Shown: piece by piece, positions 17,008 to 25,138 of the stretch
How the letters are laid out: every line of letters begins with the position of its first letter
Numbering within the stretch: position 1 is the stretch's first letter
Assembly (NCBI GenBank): GCA_039917895.1
Contig: JBDSIO010000409.1
Span: 1 to 56,025, forward strand
DNA: 56,025 nucleotides
Direction: 5' to 3'
Origin: Fibrobacteria bacterium
GTDB taxonomy: Bacteria > Fibrobacterota > Fibrobacteria > UBA11236
The notes under the pieces: generated by a model
Database searches by the model: none
Told to the model about the DNA's origin: nothing
The model's input: the letters and a program-made list of their open reading frames with translations, nothing else
Position numbers and translations under genes: made by a program

Positions 17008-17696
17008 AATCAAAGCGCGGAAACGGGAATAAAGGAAATCGGAGTTGCGTTGTTGCGACGGTAGCGTTATCTCTGGTACTACTTGCGTGCGACCAGAACG
17101 AAATCGAAAAAGGCCGGATCAGTCTGAGTCTAGGGGATTATCCCATGGCTACCCGGTTCTTCCAGACGGCCGTGGAAAGGAGTCCCTAACTCTATGACGC
17201 TCGATTGGGACTTGGCCAAGCTTTGCTCCAAAAAGCCTTCGCGGAAGGCGATAGCGCCGCCTTCAATTATGCACTTATCCAGCTCGAAGCCTGCCGCAGC
17301 CTTGCGCCTTCGCAGGATCTTTCCGAACTCCTTACCGACGCTTATTATGAGCACGCACGTTACCAATTGAAGAGCCGGGACACCGTTTCCGCCCTAATCT
17401 CATTATCCAAAGCCATTGACCGTGGGCCACTGAATCCGCGCCCCTTGAATCTGGTCGGAATAGTATACGGAAAGCTGGGGGAAGCGGAGAAAGCGGAAGC
17501 CATATTCCAAAAAGTCCTGCGGCTGGACAGCTCGGACGCTTCCGCCAATTTCAACTTAGGCATGATCCATTGGCAAGCAGGAGAAACGAGGCCTGCGCAT
17601 GAACAATGGCTTAAAGCCCTTAAAGCGCTTCCCAACGATGAGGATGTCCTTTATTGGTTCGCCCTTTCGGAGAAAAAACTGAGGGAAACGCAATGA
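17004..17696 (+). pseudogene. TPR lipoprotein interrupted by a single in-frame TAA (17187-17189)
   Basis: A GTGA overlap with the upstream stop gives the start VKSKRGNGNKGNRSCVVATVALSLVLLAC (lipobox). Track ORFs 16878..17189 and 17205..17696 are in the same frame. Reading through gives ...FFQTAVERSP*LYDARLGLGQALLQKAF..., a continuous TPR sequence. Confidence 0.6.
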
Positions 17697-19063
17697 TCCC
17701 TAAGCTGCCGAAAGCATTTTCCCACCCTATGATCATCGGAGAAGGATCGTTTTCATCCGTATACCGGGTCAGGCAAAAGAGCTTGGACCGCTGGGTAGCC
17801 GTAAAAATAATCAACGAAAAAAACGCGGCGCGCAGGCATGAGGTATTAAGCGAAGCCAGGAACCAGGCGCAAATGCCTATCGCCTGTATTCCCTCCGTAT
17901 TCGATGCTTTTCAGCTAGGTCAGCGGGTTTTCATCATCATGGAGTGGGTCAAAGGCGCGACATTGTTATCGCTTTTGGAAAAAGGCATCCCAAACAAGGC
18001 TGACCGCGCTGCTATTGGCTTTGGCATCATCTCGGCATTGGCTGGATTGCACAAACTCGGATTTGCACATAGGGATTTAAAACCCGCCAATATACTAGTC
18101 ACCCCTGAGGCGGGAATATACCTGGTCGACTTTGGGTTCTCCAAAAAAATCGGAGAGAGCGGCCAGTCCATAGTGGGCATGGTCAAAGGGACACCGGCTT
18201 ATATGGCGCCGGAAATCTGGCAGGGAGCGGGAAGTCCTGATTTCATGAAAGCGGATCTTTTCGCTTTGGGGAAAATCCTGCAAGAGCTTGATCCGGCACC
18301 GGAATGGAAAGGGATTTCCCAACCGCTCATGTCGCTCGATCCGAACCACCGCCCGGATTCCGCCGTGGTTTTGTGGGATCGATGCCAGTCCTTACCCATT
18401 TCCCGGATGACTCAGGAAGGAAAGGCTTCAGTCAATTGGATCTCTTCCGAATTACTCTCGCGGCGCCTATTGCAGGCCGCCAAACAACTGCTTTTTGCGA
18501 AGCGTAGTGAAGAGGCCTATTGGCTTCTGGCTGAATGCCTTCAAGAAGACCCGGATGCCGCGGAAGCTATGCAATTGCTGGAAACCTTCCCGGCACTCTC
18601 CAAGGAGAAAAAGCGGCGGCAATGGGTGATTTCAATGGCAACGGCCGCCGGATTTATTGTCGCGATGCTTTTGGCTTTCCATTACGGAAAAAGCTCCGAG
18701 AGGGGCAAACGGTACGTCTCAGTCAGCGCTGAAGAAAATTCCAAAATCCTCCTGCTTCCCGGTATGAAAGATGGAAAGCGAGCCGTGAAAGGTGCGGCTA
18801 AATTCCTGGAGTTGGCCACCGTAGAAAACAGCCTCATGGGGCTGATATTCATTGAAGGCGCGGAACAATGCGATAAACTTTCCCTGGATGGGCGAGTAGT
18901 CCGCACACCCGCACCTAGTGGGTTGCCCACGGCTTCCGGCGAACACGTCCTACTTTGCAACGACCGCTTCGGGTCCCTTAATTACCGGGAAAAGTTGACA
19001 ATACTTCCCTTCCAGCGGAAAATCATCCGCATTCACGACAAGGTTTCAAAAAAGGAGGCGTAG
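17693..19063 (+). CDS. Hanks-type Ser/Thr protein kinase with one TM helix and a C-terminal extracytoplasmic region
   Basis: IGEGSFSSVY, WVAVKII, HRDLKPANILV, DFGFSKK and GTPAYMAPE. The TM helix is WVISMATAAGFIVAMLLAFHY. There is an ATGA overlap with the TPR gene. Confidence 0.85.
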   Translation: MIPKLPKAFSHPMIIGEGSFSSVYRVRQKSLDRWVAVKIINEKNAARRHEVLSEARNQAQMPIACIPSVFDAFQLGQRVFIIMEWVKGATLLSLLEKGIPNKADRAAIGFGIISALAGLHKLGFAHRDLKPANILVTPEAGIYLVDFGFSKKIGESGQSIVGMVKGTPAYMAPEIWQGAGSPDFMKADLFALGKILQELDPAPEWKGISQPLMSLDPNHRPDSAVVLWDRCQSLPISRMTQEGKASVNWISSELLSRRLLQAAKQLLFAKRSEEAYWLLAECLQEDPDAAEAMQLLETFPALSKEKKRRQWVISMATAAGFIVAMLLAFHYGKSSERGKRYVSVSAEENSKILLLPGMKDGKRAVKGAAKFLELATVENSLMGLIFIEGAEQCDKLSLDGRVVRTPAPSGLPTASGEHVLLCNDRFGSLNYREKLTILPFQRKIIRIHDKVSKKEA

Positions 19064-19064
19064 A

Positions 19065-20882
19065 ATGCCCCCCAACACATTCCCTCTTTTACGAAATGAA
19101 GAAGACCGCTCGGAAACCATCATATCCGGCAGGATATTCACTTTCGGCGGTTCACAAGATTGCGGCCTGAAGTTGCACGGCAAAGGCCTTCCCGCAATTA
19201 TCGGGCATTTCCTTTTCAGGGAAGGAGGATACCACGTCCAGGCTCTGACCCAAGGCTTCCGAATCAAACTGAATGGCCGCGAGATTACCGGCGCCGCCGA
19301 TTTGCACCATGGAGATCGGCTACAATTGGGTCAAACCGTTTTTCTATTTCTCCAGGGTCCGTTTGAAGAAGGTAAGGCAGATTTTGAAGGAGGAACCGAA
19401 ACTCAGGCTTCGGAACCCCTCACGGACCTTATCAATGCCGTTGTGACATTACTCCGTGAACGGGACTCGGATGTATTCCACTCCCTAGTCCTTTGCGTGT
19501 CGCGACTTCTAAAATGCGATGCGGCTCGTGTGGTGGAAGAAGACCCGGAAACGAACGCAAGATCCACGATCGCGAGGTATCCGGCCCATTCGGGTCTGGA
19601 ACGATTTTCGGATCGAGCAATTGATTGGTCCAAGGCTTCACCCCATGCCGTGCTTATGAAAGAAACGGATTGGGAAGATCAGAATTCAATCAGTTCCCTC
19701 CACAAAAATGCGGTAGCTTCGGTTTTATGCGTCGCATTACGCGAAGCGGATAACATAATCGGTTACCTCTACATGGACCGACTGGGCGGTAACCTCCCAT
19801 TCTCCGAGAGGGAACGCGAACTATGCGACTCGCTAGGGAGGCTTTTCGGGGAAATTCTTTCCCATAGACTGGCCCTAGGAAGGCAGAAGGACGCAATCGC
19901 CCGATTGCAAAGCAATAGCCTTGCTACCGGATCAGGCATCATCCATTCCAGTCCCGTTATGGTCAAGGTCCTGGATCTGGCCCTACGAATAGCCCGAACC
20001 GACGGAACCGCAATCATTAGAGGAGAAACCGGAACCGGAAAGGAAGTATTGGCGAGATTTGTCCATATGAATTCCATGAGGGCGAAAAAACCGTTCCATG
20101 CGCTTAACTGCGGAGCCATTCCGGAAAACCTGATCGAATCGGAATTGTTCGGGCATGAGAAAGGCGCCTTCACCGGGGCGGATCAACGTAAGATAGGCCT
20201 GTTCGAATCCGCTAATGGGGGTACCCTTTTCCTTGATGAAATCGGCGACCTACCCTTAAACCTCCAGGTCAAACTCTTGAGGGTGTTGCAGGAGTCGGAG
20301 ATAACCCGATTGGGGAGCCCTAATCCTATCAAGGTTGATGTCCGAATCCTGTCCGCAACCCACAGGATCCTCGCCACCGAAGTGCGGGAAGGCCGTTTTC
20401 GACAGGATCTTTTTTTCCGCCTTTCGGTTTTGGAGCTGGAATTGCCGCCATTGCGCGAACGGGATCAGGATGTGCTGCTGCTTTCGGATTTCTTACTCAA
20501 AAAATACTTGCAACAGTTTGGCCTACCCGCTAAATCCTTTTCGGTTGCAGCGCGCAATAAGCTTCTGGGGTATGCCTTTCCTGGAAATGTCAGGGAGCTG
20601 GAGAACGTCATCCAAAAGGCCATTCTGCTTTCCAATTCCAAGCAAATCAACGTCGAGGATCTTCAATTGGAGGTTAGTGGGAATTCGGAAGGACGAATGA
20701 GCAGTTCCATTAAGTCCTTAAAAGAAATCCGGTTTGAAACGGAAAAGATGGCTATTGACGCGGCTTTAACCAAGACTAAGGGAAATGTGTCACTTGCGGC
20801 GAAGATGCTGGATATCGACCGTAAATGGCTGATGAAATTGATGGAAGAAGCAGGGCTGCAGGCCGATGAATACAGAAAATAA
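19065..20882 (+). CDS. Sigma-54-dependent transcriptional activator with N-terminal FHA and GAF domains
   Basis: FHA-like N-terminus (IFTFGGSQDCGLKL...HGDRLQLGQTVFLF); GAF-like middle region; AAA+ GETGTGKEVLA, ESELFGHEKGAFTGA (GAFTGA) and RQDLFFRL; a Fis-type HTH at the C-terminus. The start is 1 nt after the kinase stop and has an AAAGGAGG RBS. Confidence 0.9.
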   Translation: MPPNTFPLLRNEEDRSETIISGRIFTFGGSQDCGLKLHGKGLPAIIGHFLFREGGYHVQALTQGFRIKLNGREITGAADLHHGDRLQLGQTVFLFLQGPFEEGKADFEGGTETQASEPLTDLINAVVTLLRERDSDVFHSLVLCVSRLLKCDAARVVEEDPETNARSTIARYPAHSGLERFSDRAIDWSKASPHAVLMKETDWEDQNSISSLHKNAVASVLCVALREADNIIGYLYMDRLGGNLPFSERERELCDSLGRLFGEILSHRLALGRQKDAIARLQSNSLATGSGIIHSSPVMVKVLDLALRIARTDGTAIIRGETGTGKEVLARFVHMNSMRAKKPFHALNCGAIPENLIESELFGHEKGAFTGADQRKIGLFESANGGTLFLDEIGDLPLNLQVKLLRVLQESEITRLGSPNPIKVDVRILSATHRILATEVREGRFRQDLFFRLSVLELELPPLRERDQDVLLLSDFLLKKYLQQFGLPAKSFSVAARNKLLGYAFPGNVRELENVIQKAILLSNSKQINVEDLQLEVSGNSEGRMSSSIKSLKEIRFETEKMAIDAALTKTKGNVSLAAKMLDIDRKWLMKLMEEAGLQADEYRK

Positions 20883-21049
20883 GCGGATGCCAAGGAACGA
20901 GCATTGCATAAGTTCCAATACCCCGTTTTTCGTTAGTTTTCGCTCCAGTGGCGTTAGTTTGGGCCTTTGTTGAGTGCCAATTGGAAAAGCCTGGATAAAT
21001 CTTATTGGGTCCTATATATTAGACCTTATGAGGCTTTAAAGCTTCATAT

Positions 21050-21397
21050 ATGGAGCCTTATATGCGTTCGAGAGTTACCGATGTTTTGCCTTCCATTGTA
21101 AAACGTTCGTTAGCCAAGTTCGGCAGCGATCTCGCAACTGCGCGCCGGAAGCGCAGGCTTACAACAATCGCCGTCGCCAGGCGCATGGGTGTGGCGAAGA
21201 ACACCTACCTTCGCGTGGAAAAAGGCGACGCCAGGGTTGGTTTCGGAATATACGGCATGGCGCTGTTTGTACTCGGCTTCGGCGATCCATTCAGCTCGCT
21301 CATCGATGTAAGTCGTGACGATACGGGTCTCCTACTTGATGAAGAGCGACTGCCCAAGCGGGTGCGTATGAAGAAGTCACGGATGCCTCCGCCATGA
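21050..21397 (+). CDS. XRE-family HTH regulator, HipB-like antitoxin
   Basis: RRKRRLTTIAVARRMGVAKNTYLRVEKGD is an HTH. The stop overlaps the hipA start (ATGA). Confidence 0.7.
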   Translation: MEPYMRSRVTDVLPSIVKRSLAKFGSDLATARRKRRLTTIAVARRMGVAKNTYLRVEKGDARVGFGIYGMALFVLGFGDPFSSLIDVSRDDTGLLLDEERLPKRVRMKKSRMPPP

Positions 21398-22671
21398 AAC
21401 GCACCATTGAAGTTATTGTGGATAACGGTCCGCAGATCGGCATTATGCGCTATGACCTCCAAGGTAGGCGCGAAAATGCCGCCTTCGAATACGGCGCGAG
21501 CTGGCTCAGCGCCGAAACCCGTTTTGCGCTAGGGCCGACGCTTCCGCTCACGGCCGGGCTCCAATTCCATCGTAAGACGAGTGACGGTTCCATTTTTCAT
21601 GCGGCAATCGCCGATACCGAACCTGATGGTTGGGGCCGGCGGATCATCATGCGCGATCACGCAAAGCGCAGGCATGAGACCCGACCCGGTGGCAAAGAGA
21701 AAAGCTCCCAGCCCCTAAATGCGCTTGATTATCTCCTCGCCGTAGATGATTTCAGCCGAGTCGGGGCCCTGCGTTACCGCGATGAAGGAGGATTGTTCCA
21801 GCGCGCGCCTGAAGCAGGCCGCCGCACGGCTCCGCCTCTAATCGAGTTGGGGCAAATATTGAACGCCTCCCGTGCCGTCGAGTCCAACCGGGAAACAGCG
21901 GCCGACCTCGCCTATTTGCGCGTACGAGGCACATCGCTTGGCGGATTGCGCCCAAAGTGCACAGTCATTGACAATGACGGCGCGCTGGCAATCGGCAAAT
22001 TCCCGAGCATCGCGGACGAGCGTGCCGTTACGAAAGGAGAGGTTCTCGCCCTGACGCTTGCGGGAAAGGCTGGTATCAACGCCGCCAATGCGCGAATAAT
22101 TGAAAGCGAAAGCTCGCCCGTCGCCTTGATACGCCGCTTTGACCGACGAGGCGGCAGGCGCATTATGTACATCTCTGCTGCAACCCTGCTCGGGGTCGAA
22201 GCGACGGAGCCTGGGGACCATTTCTATACGGAGATTGTGGATGCTATCCGGGTGCATGGTGCAGACGTACAAGCGGACATCGAGGAATTGTGGCGGAGAA
22301 TCGCCTTCTCCATCCTCATCACCAATGTCGACGATCATCTGCGCAACCATGGATTTCTGCATGAGGATCGCGGATTCTGGCGGCTTTCGCCCGCTTTCGA
22401 CATCAATCCCACGCCCGAACGATCGCGCGAATTGAAAACTTGGATATCAGAGGATACAGGGCCGGAAATGAATGTTAACGCGCTGATGTCGGTGATCCCT
22501 AAATTCGGAATCACGCAAGTTCGCGCCAAGGAGATTTTACGCCAGGTCGAGCGCGCGGTGGGAGACTGGCGTAAAACAGGAAGGGAGATCGGCATGACCG
22601 ATGGGGAACTCGAGGCATTTACGGATGCGTTCGAGCATGAAGAACGGGCCACGGCGAAAAGGTTGATTTAA
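21394..22671 (+). CDS. hipA: HipA-family Ser/Thr kinase toxin
   Basis: GTSLGGLRPKCTV, GKFPS..DE and NVDDHLRNHGFL...LSPAFDINP are HipA N- and C-domain signatures. Confidence 0.85.
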   Translation: MKRTIEVIVDNGPQIGIMRYDLQGRRENAAFEYGASWLSAETRFALGPTLPLTAGLQFHRKTSDGSIFHAAIADTEPDGWGRRIIMRDHAKRRHETRPGGKEKSSQPLNALDYLLAVDDFSRVGALRYRDEGGLFQRAPEAGRRTAPPLIELGQILNASRAVESNRETAADLAYLRVRGTSLGGLRPKCTVIDNDGALAIGKFPSIADERAVTKGEVLALTLAGKAGINAANARIIESESSPVALIRRFDRRGGRRIMYISAATLLGVEATEPGDHFYTEIVDAIRVHGADVQADIEELWRRIAFSILITNVDDHLRNHGFLHEDRGFWRLSPAFDINPTPERSRELKTWISEDTGPEMNVNALMSVIPKFGITQVRAKEILRQVERAVGDWRKTGREIGMTDGELEAFTDAFEHEERATAKRLI

Positions 22672-22925
22672 CACCAAGGGGAGGAACTCAGTGAATTCCA
22701 CCAGGAAGCGGCCATCGCCGCCGAACATTGTTCAGCCGCGGATTTCGAATCCACCCGCTGGGAGGCCATCGACCGCATTTATGCCGCACTGTCCGGGATG
22801 AAAGACAATCCCATCTGCAAATCGGGGAGACTGCGACCGCTCGGGATTACCTGTCCCGCGCCGCCGGCATGACGACCTCCAAAACCGAGATCGATTTCCT
22901 GAAGGGAAAAATGGGAGTGAATTAA
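22672..22925 (+). pseudogene. Remnant of the C-terminal domain of a COG4941-type ECF sigma factor, internally deleted and frameshifted
   Basis: Frame 1 from 22672 reads ...QEAAIAAEHCSAADFESTRWEAIDRIYAALSGMKDNPI. Compare the family pattern LQAAIAA.H......TDW..I..LY..L...SPV. The frame then shifts to ...GETATARDYLSRAAGMTTSKTEIDFLKGKM*. Compare G...A...Y.RA..LT.N..ER.FL. No sigma regions 2 or 4 lie upstream. Confidence 0.5.
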
Positions 22926-22939
22926 CGCGGTGCTCCGGT

Positions 22940-23905
22940 TCAGAACCCGAATTGCATTCGATATCTTTCGAAGCAGCGCGCCCCCGCTCTTAAGCGCATC
23001 AACGCGCCTTCGGCGATGGCCCTGGCCACCCATGGGTTGCCCTCTACCAAAGGAAGGATGGCTTCCGCATTCCAGCTTGCGGAATGGATCTGGTCAAGGC
23101 CGGCATGCAAAGCGAAATAATGGCGGCCACCTGAGGAAACGCGGAGACGTTTGAGGCCCTCATTGACGAGGGAAACACGGCCGGGAGCTGTCATCTCAAT
23201 GGCTCCCAGCGCGCCCAGGGAGTGATAGGCATATCGGCGGTTGAATGCGAGCCCGACCATCAGGTTGGAAAGCGCCAGCGATTCCCAGGTTGCCTCATCG
23301 CGCGCCGGCTTGATGGCCAACTCTTCGATGGTCTTTTCCAGCAAAGCCCCGTGCATGCCCTTTGGCTGTCCCCGTCCCATTTCATCCCAGTAGTTGCGCG
23401 CCAATTCCAGTTTGGCGCGCGCGGGAAGCTTTACCTGGGTCACGGCCACGAGATCGTCGAACCCGGCTTCGCCCGCCACTTCCTGGGCCAGAAACCACCG
23501 CATCTGCTCCAAATCCGCCGTGGTAGCGAGCCAGGGAAAGAGGGCATCCCCTTGACCTGGTCCCGATGCCCGCAGGTCCACGAACCATTCCATAAACTCA
23601 TGCACCGATACCGGGACCCTGGCCGCTTGCTTCCGGATGGAATCGCGTTCCGCCTCCAGGTAACGGCCCTCCATTATCGCGAACCGGGTATCCCGTTCCA
23701 AGGCGCCTTCCCATTCGGTCGTAGGAAAGGCGGGCTCCAAACGAATTTTATTCCATTGGCTCATCACGCGGTGGAGGTTTTCCGGATGAATAGGCTTTGG
23801 TTGAATATGCTCGGGATGATCGGCGCCGCTGGTTTCAGCCCTTCCAAGCTCGACGCTTAGCGAGGGTAAGACACCCCGATCCCCCATTTCCATAACCGAT
23901 TTCAT
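22940..23905 (-). CDS. Iron-containing redox enzyme family protein (heme-oxygenase-like di-iron fold)
   Basis: ARNYWDEMGRGQPKGMHGALL and RHYFALHAGLDQIHS match the paired E/D..H ligand helices I associate with the Haem_oxygenase_2/CADD-like family. A GAGGA RBS is present. Confidence 0.65.
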   Translation of the reverse strand: MKSVMEMGDRGVLPSLSVELGRAETSGADHPEHIQPKPIHPENLHRVMSQWNKIRLEPAFPTTEWEGALERDTRFAIMEGRYLEAERDSIRKQAARVPVSVHEFMEWFVDLRASGPGQGDALFPWLATTADLEQMRWFLAQEVAGEAGFDDLVAVTQVKLPARAKLELARNYWDEMGRGQPKGMHGALLEKTIEELAIKPARDEATWESLALSNLMVGLAFNRRYAYHSLGALGAIEMTAPGRVSLVNEGLKRLRVSSGGRHYFALHAGLDQIHSASWNAEAILPLVEGNPWVARAIAEGALMRLRAGARCFERYRMQFGF

Positions 23906-24124
23906 AAGCTGTCCTCATGGGATTGCATGCCCATCAGAGATACGTTTTGAACGGCGCCCAAGCAAAGGCAGGGGGCCTCCGAAACGCATCCTCTGTTCCT
24001 GCGGTTGATGAAGGAAAATCCATGGGAGTGTCGGGTAAATTGTAATTTGCCCCGAAGGGTGACCGGCAAGCGTAGGGATAAAAGGGCCATGGTCAACGTT
24101 TCGGATAAGGACATGGTTTCGTAA

Positions 24125-25138
24125 ATGGACAAGGCTTCTGAAAAGGTTTCGGAAACCGAAACGGCATTGGTTGCCATCGGCAGATTCCTGGAAGCTTCCG
24201 GATACGCGTTCACGGCTATCACACCGGCGAGCCATGCATTGGTCAATGCCAGGGTAAGGATGGAAAACGGTGGAAAGGCCCGTTCCCTGCGGGATATATT
24301 CGGATGGAGCCTGCCCTTCAGCGCCGATGCGCTACCATCCCATTTACTGGCATGGTTGGAAAAATCCGGGGAACTGGAAAAGTTGGAAAACGCGGGGGGA
24401 TTCGCAAGCGGATTGGGCAGGTTGCGGAGCAAAATCCGCTTCTCCACCCTTAAGGGTTGCCTATACGTGCACTCCGCTTTCCCGACCGTGGAAGCGGACT
24501 CGGTATTCTTCGGGCCGGATACCTATCGGTTCGCCGATCTCATCGACCGGGTCCTTTCCGATCACATCGGCCGCCTCGGCCACCCCGGCGGCCCGGTCCG
24601 GCGCGTACTGGACATCGGTTGCGGGAGCGGAGCAGGCGGGCTGTTCCTGGCAGGAAATCGGCTTTGCCAAACTGCGCGGGTTTTCCTCTCCGATATCAAT
24701 TTTCGGGCCTTGCGCTATGCGCGGGTCAACGCGCTCCTGGGCCGCAAGGGAAACGTCTCGGTGCTCTTGGGCGATACGGTCCGCGCCTTCAAGGGCCAAA
24801 TGGACCTCATCGTTTCCAATCCGCCATATCTGGTGGATGCGGAAGCGAGGCTTTACCGCGACGGCGGCGGCGCTTCGGGTTGCGATCTTTCCATCCGGAT
24901 CGTGCGGGAATCGATCCCGTTGCTGGCGCCCGCCGGCCAGCTGATCCTTTATACCGGTACGCCAGTCATGGAGGGGCGCCACGTTTTCCGGGAAGCGGTG
25001 GCCCCCATCCTCGATGCCTCGGGCTTGGCATACGAATACGCGGAAATCGATCCGGACGTTTTCGGGGAGGAGTTGGCCCATCCGGCATACGCGTCCACCG
25101 AAAGGCTGGCGGCGGTATCACTGGTGTTGCGTCGCTAG
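24125..25138 (+). CDS. Class I SAM-dependent methyltransferase, HemK/PrmC-like (NPPY) with a ~140-aa N-terminal extension
   Basis: VLDIGCGSGAGG (motif I), DLIVSNPPY (motif IV). It is divergent from the redox enzyme gene. Confidence 0.8.
   Translation: MDKASEKVSETETALVAIGRFLEASGYAFTAITPASHALVNARVRMENGGKARSLRDIFGWSLPFSADALPSHLLAWLEKSGELEKLENAGGFASGLGRLRSKIRFSTLKGCLYVHSAFPTVEADSVFFGPDTYRFADLIDRVLSDHIGRLGHPGGPVRRVLDIGCGSGAGGLFLAGNRLCQTARVFLSDINFRALRYARVNALLGRKGNVSVLLGDTVRAFKGQMDLIVSNPPYLVDAEARLYRDGGGASGCDLSIRIVRESIPLLAPAGQLILYTGTPVMEGRHVFREAVAPILDASGLAYEYAEIDPDVFGEELAHPAYASTERLAAVSLVLRR

Noticed and set aside
12278-22925. Search for an integrase, transposase, phage genes or an att direct repeat to define the island as a mobile element
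   Set aside because: I found none on either strand by eye. The block is therefore described only as a compositionally distinct region, not called a mobile element.
23906-24447. 181-aa minus-strand ORF, and specifically a 62-70-aa Cys-containing peptide (..RGCVSEAPCLCLGAV..) whose stop overlaps the redox-enzyme start (ATGA). I considered it as a RiPP-like precursor.
   Set aside because: - The long form is antisense to the methyltransferase CDS.
- The short forms would start only 10-35 nt from the divergent methyltransferase ATG, which leaves no promoter space.
- They have no RBS.
- They use TTA, CTA and CAA codons that are rare in neighbouring genes.
- The region is more likely the shared divergent promoter.
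- Ribo-seq or peptide conservation could still revive the idea.
25135-25138. Convergent genes overlapping at their stop codons through a CTAG palindrome; the same occurs at 42266-42269
   Set aside because: It is real in the sequence, but it is a trivial consequence of TAG stops on both strands. I assign it no regulatory meaning.
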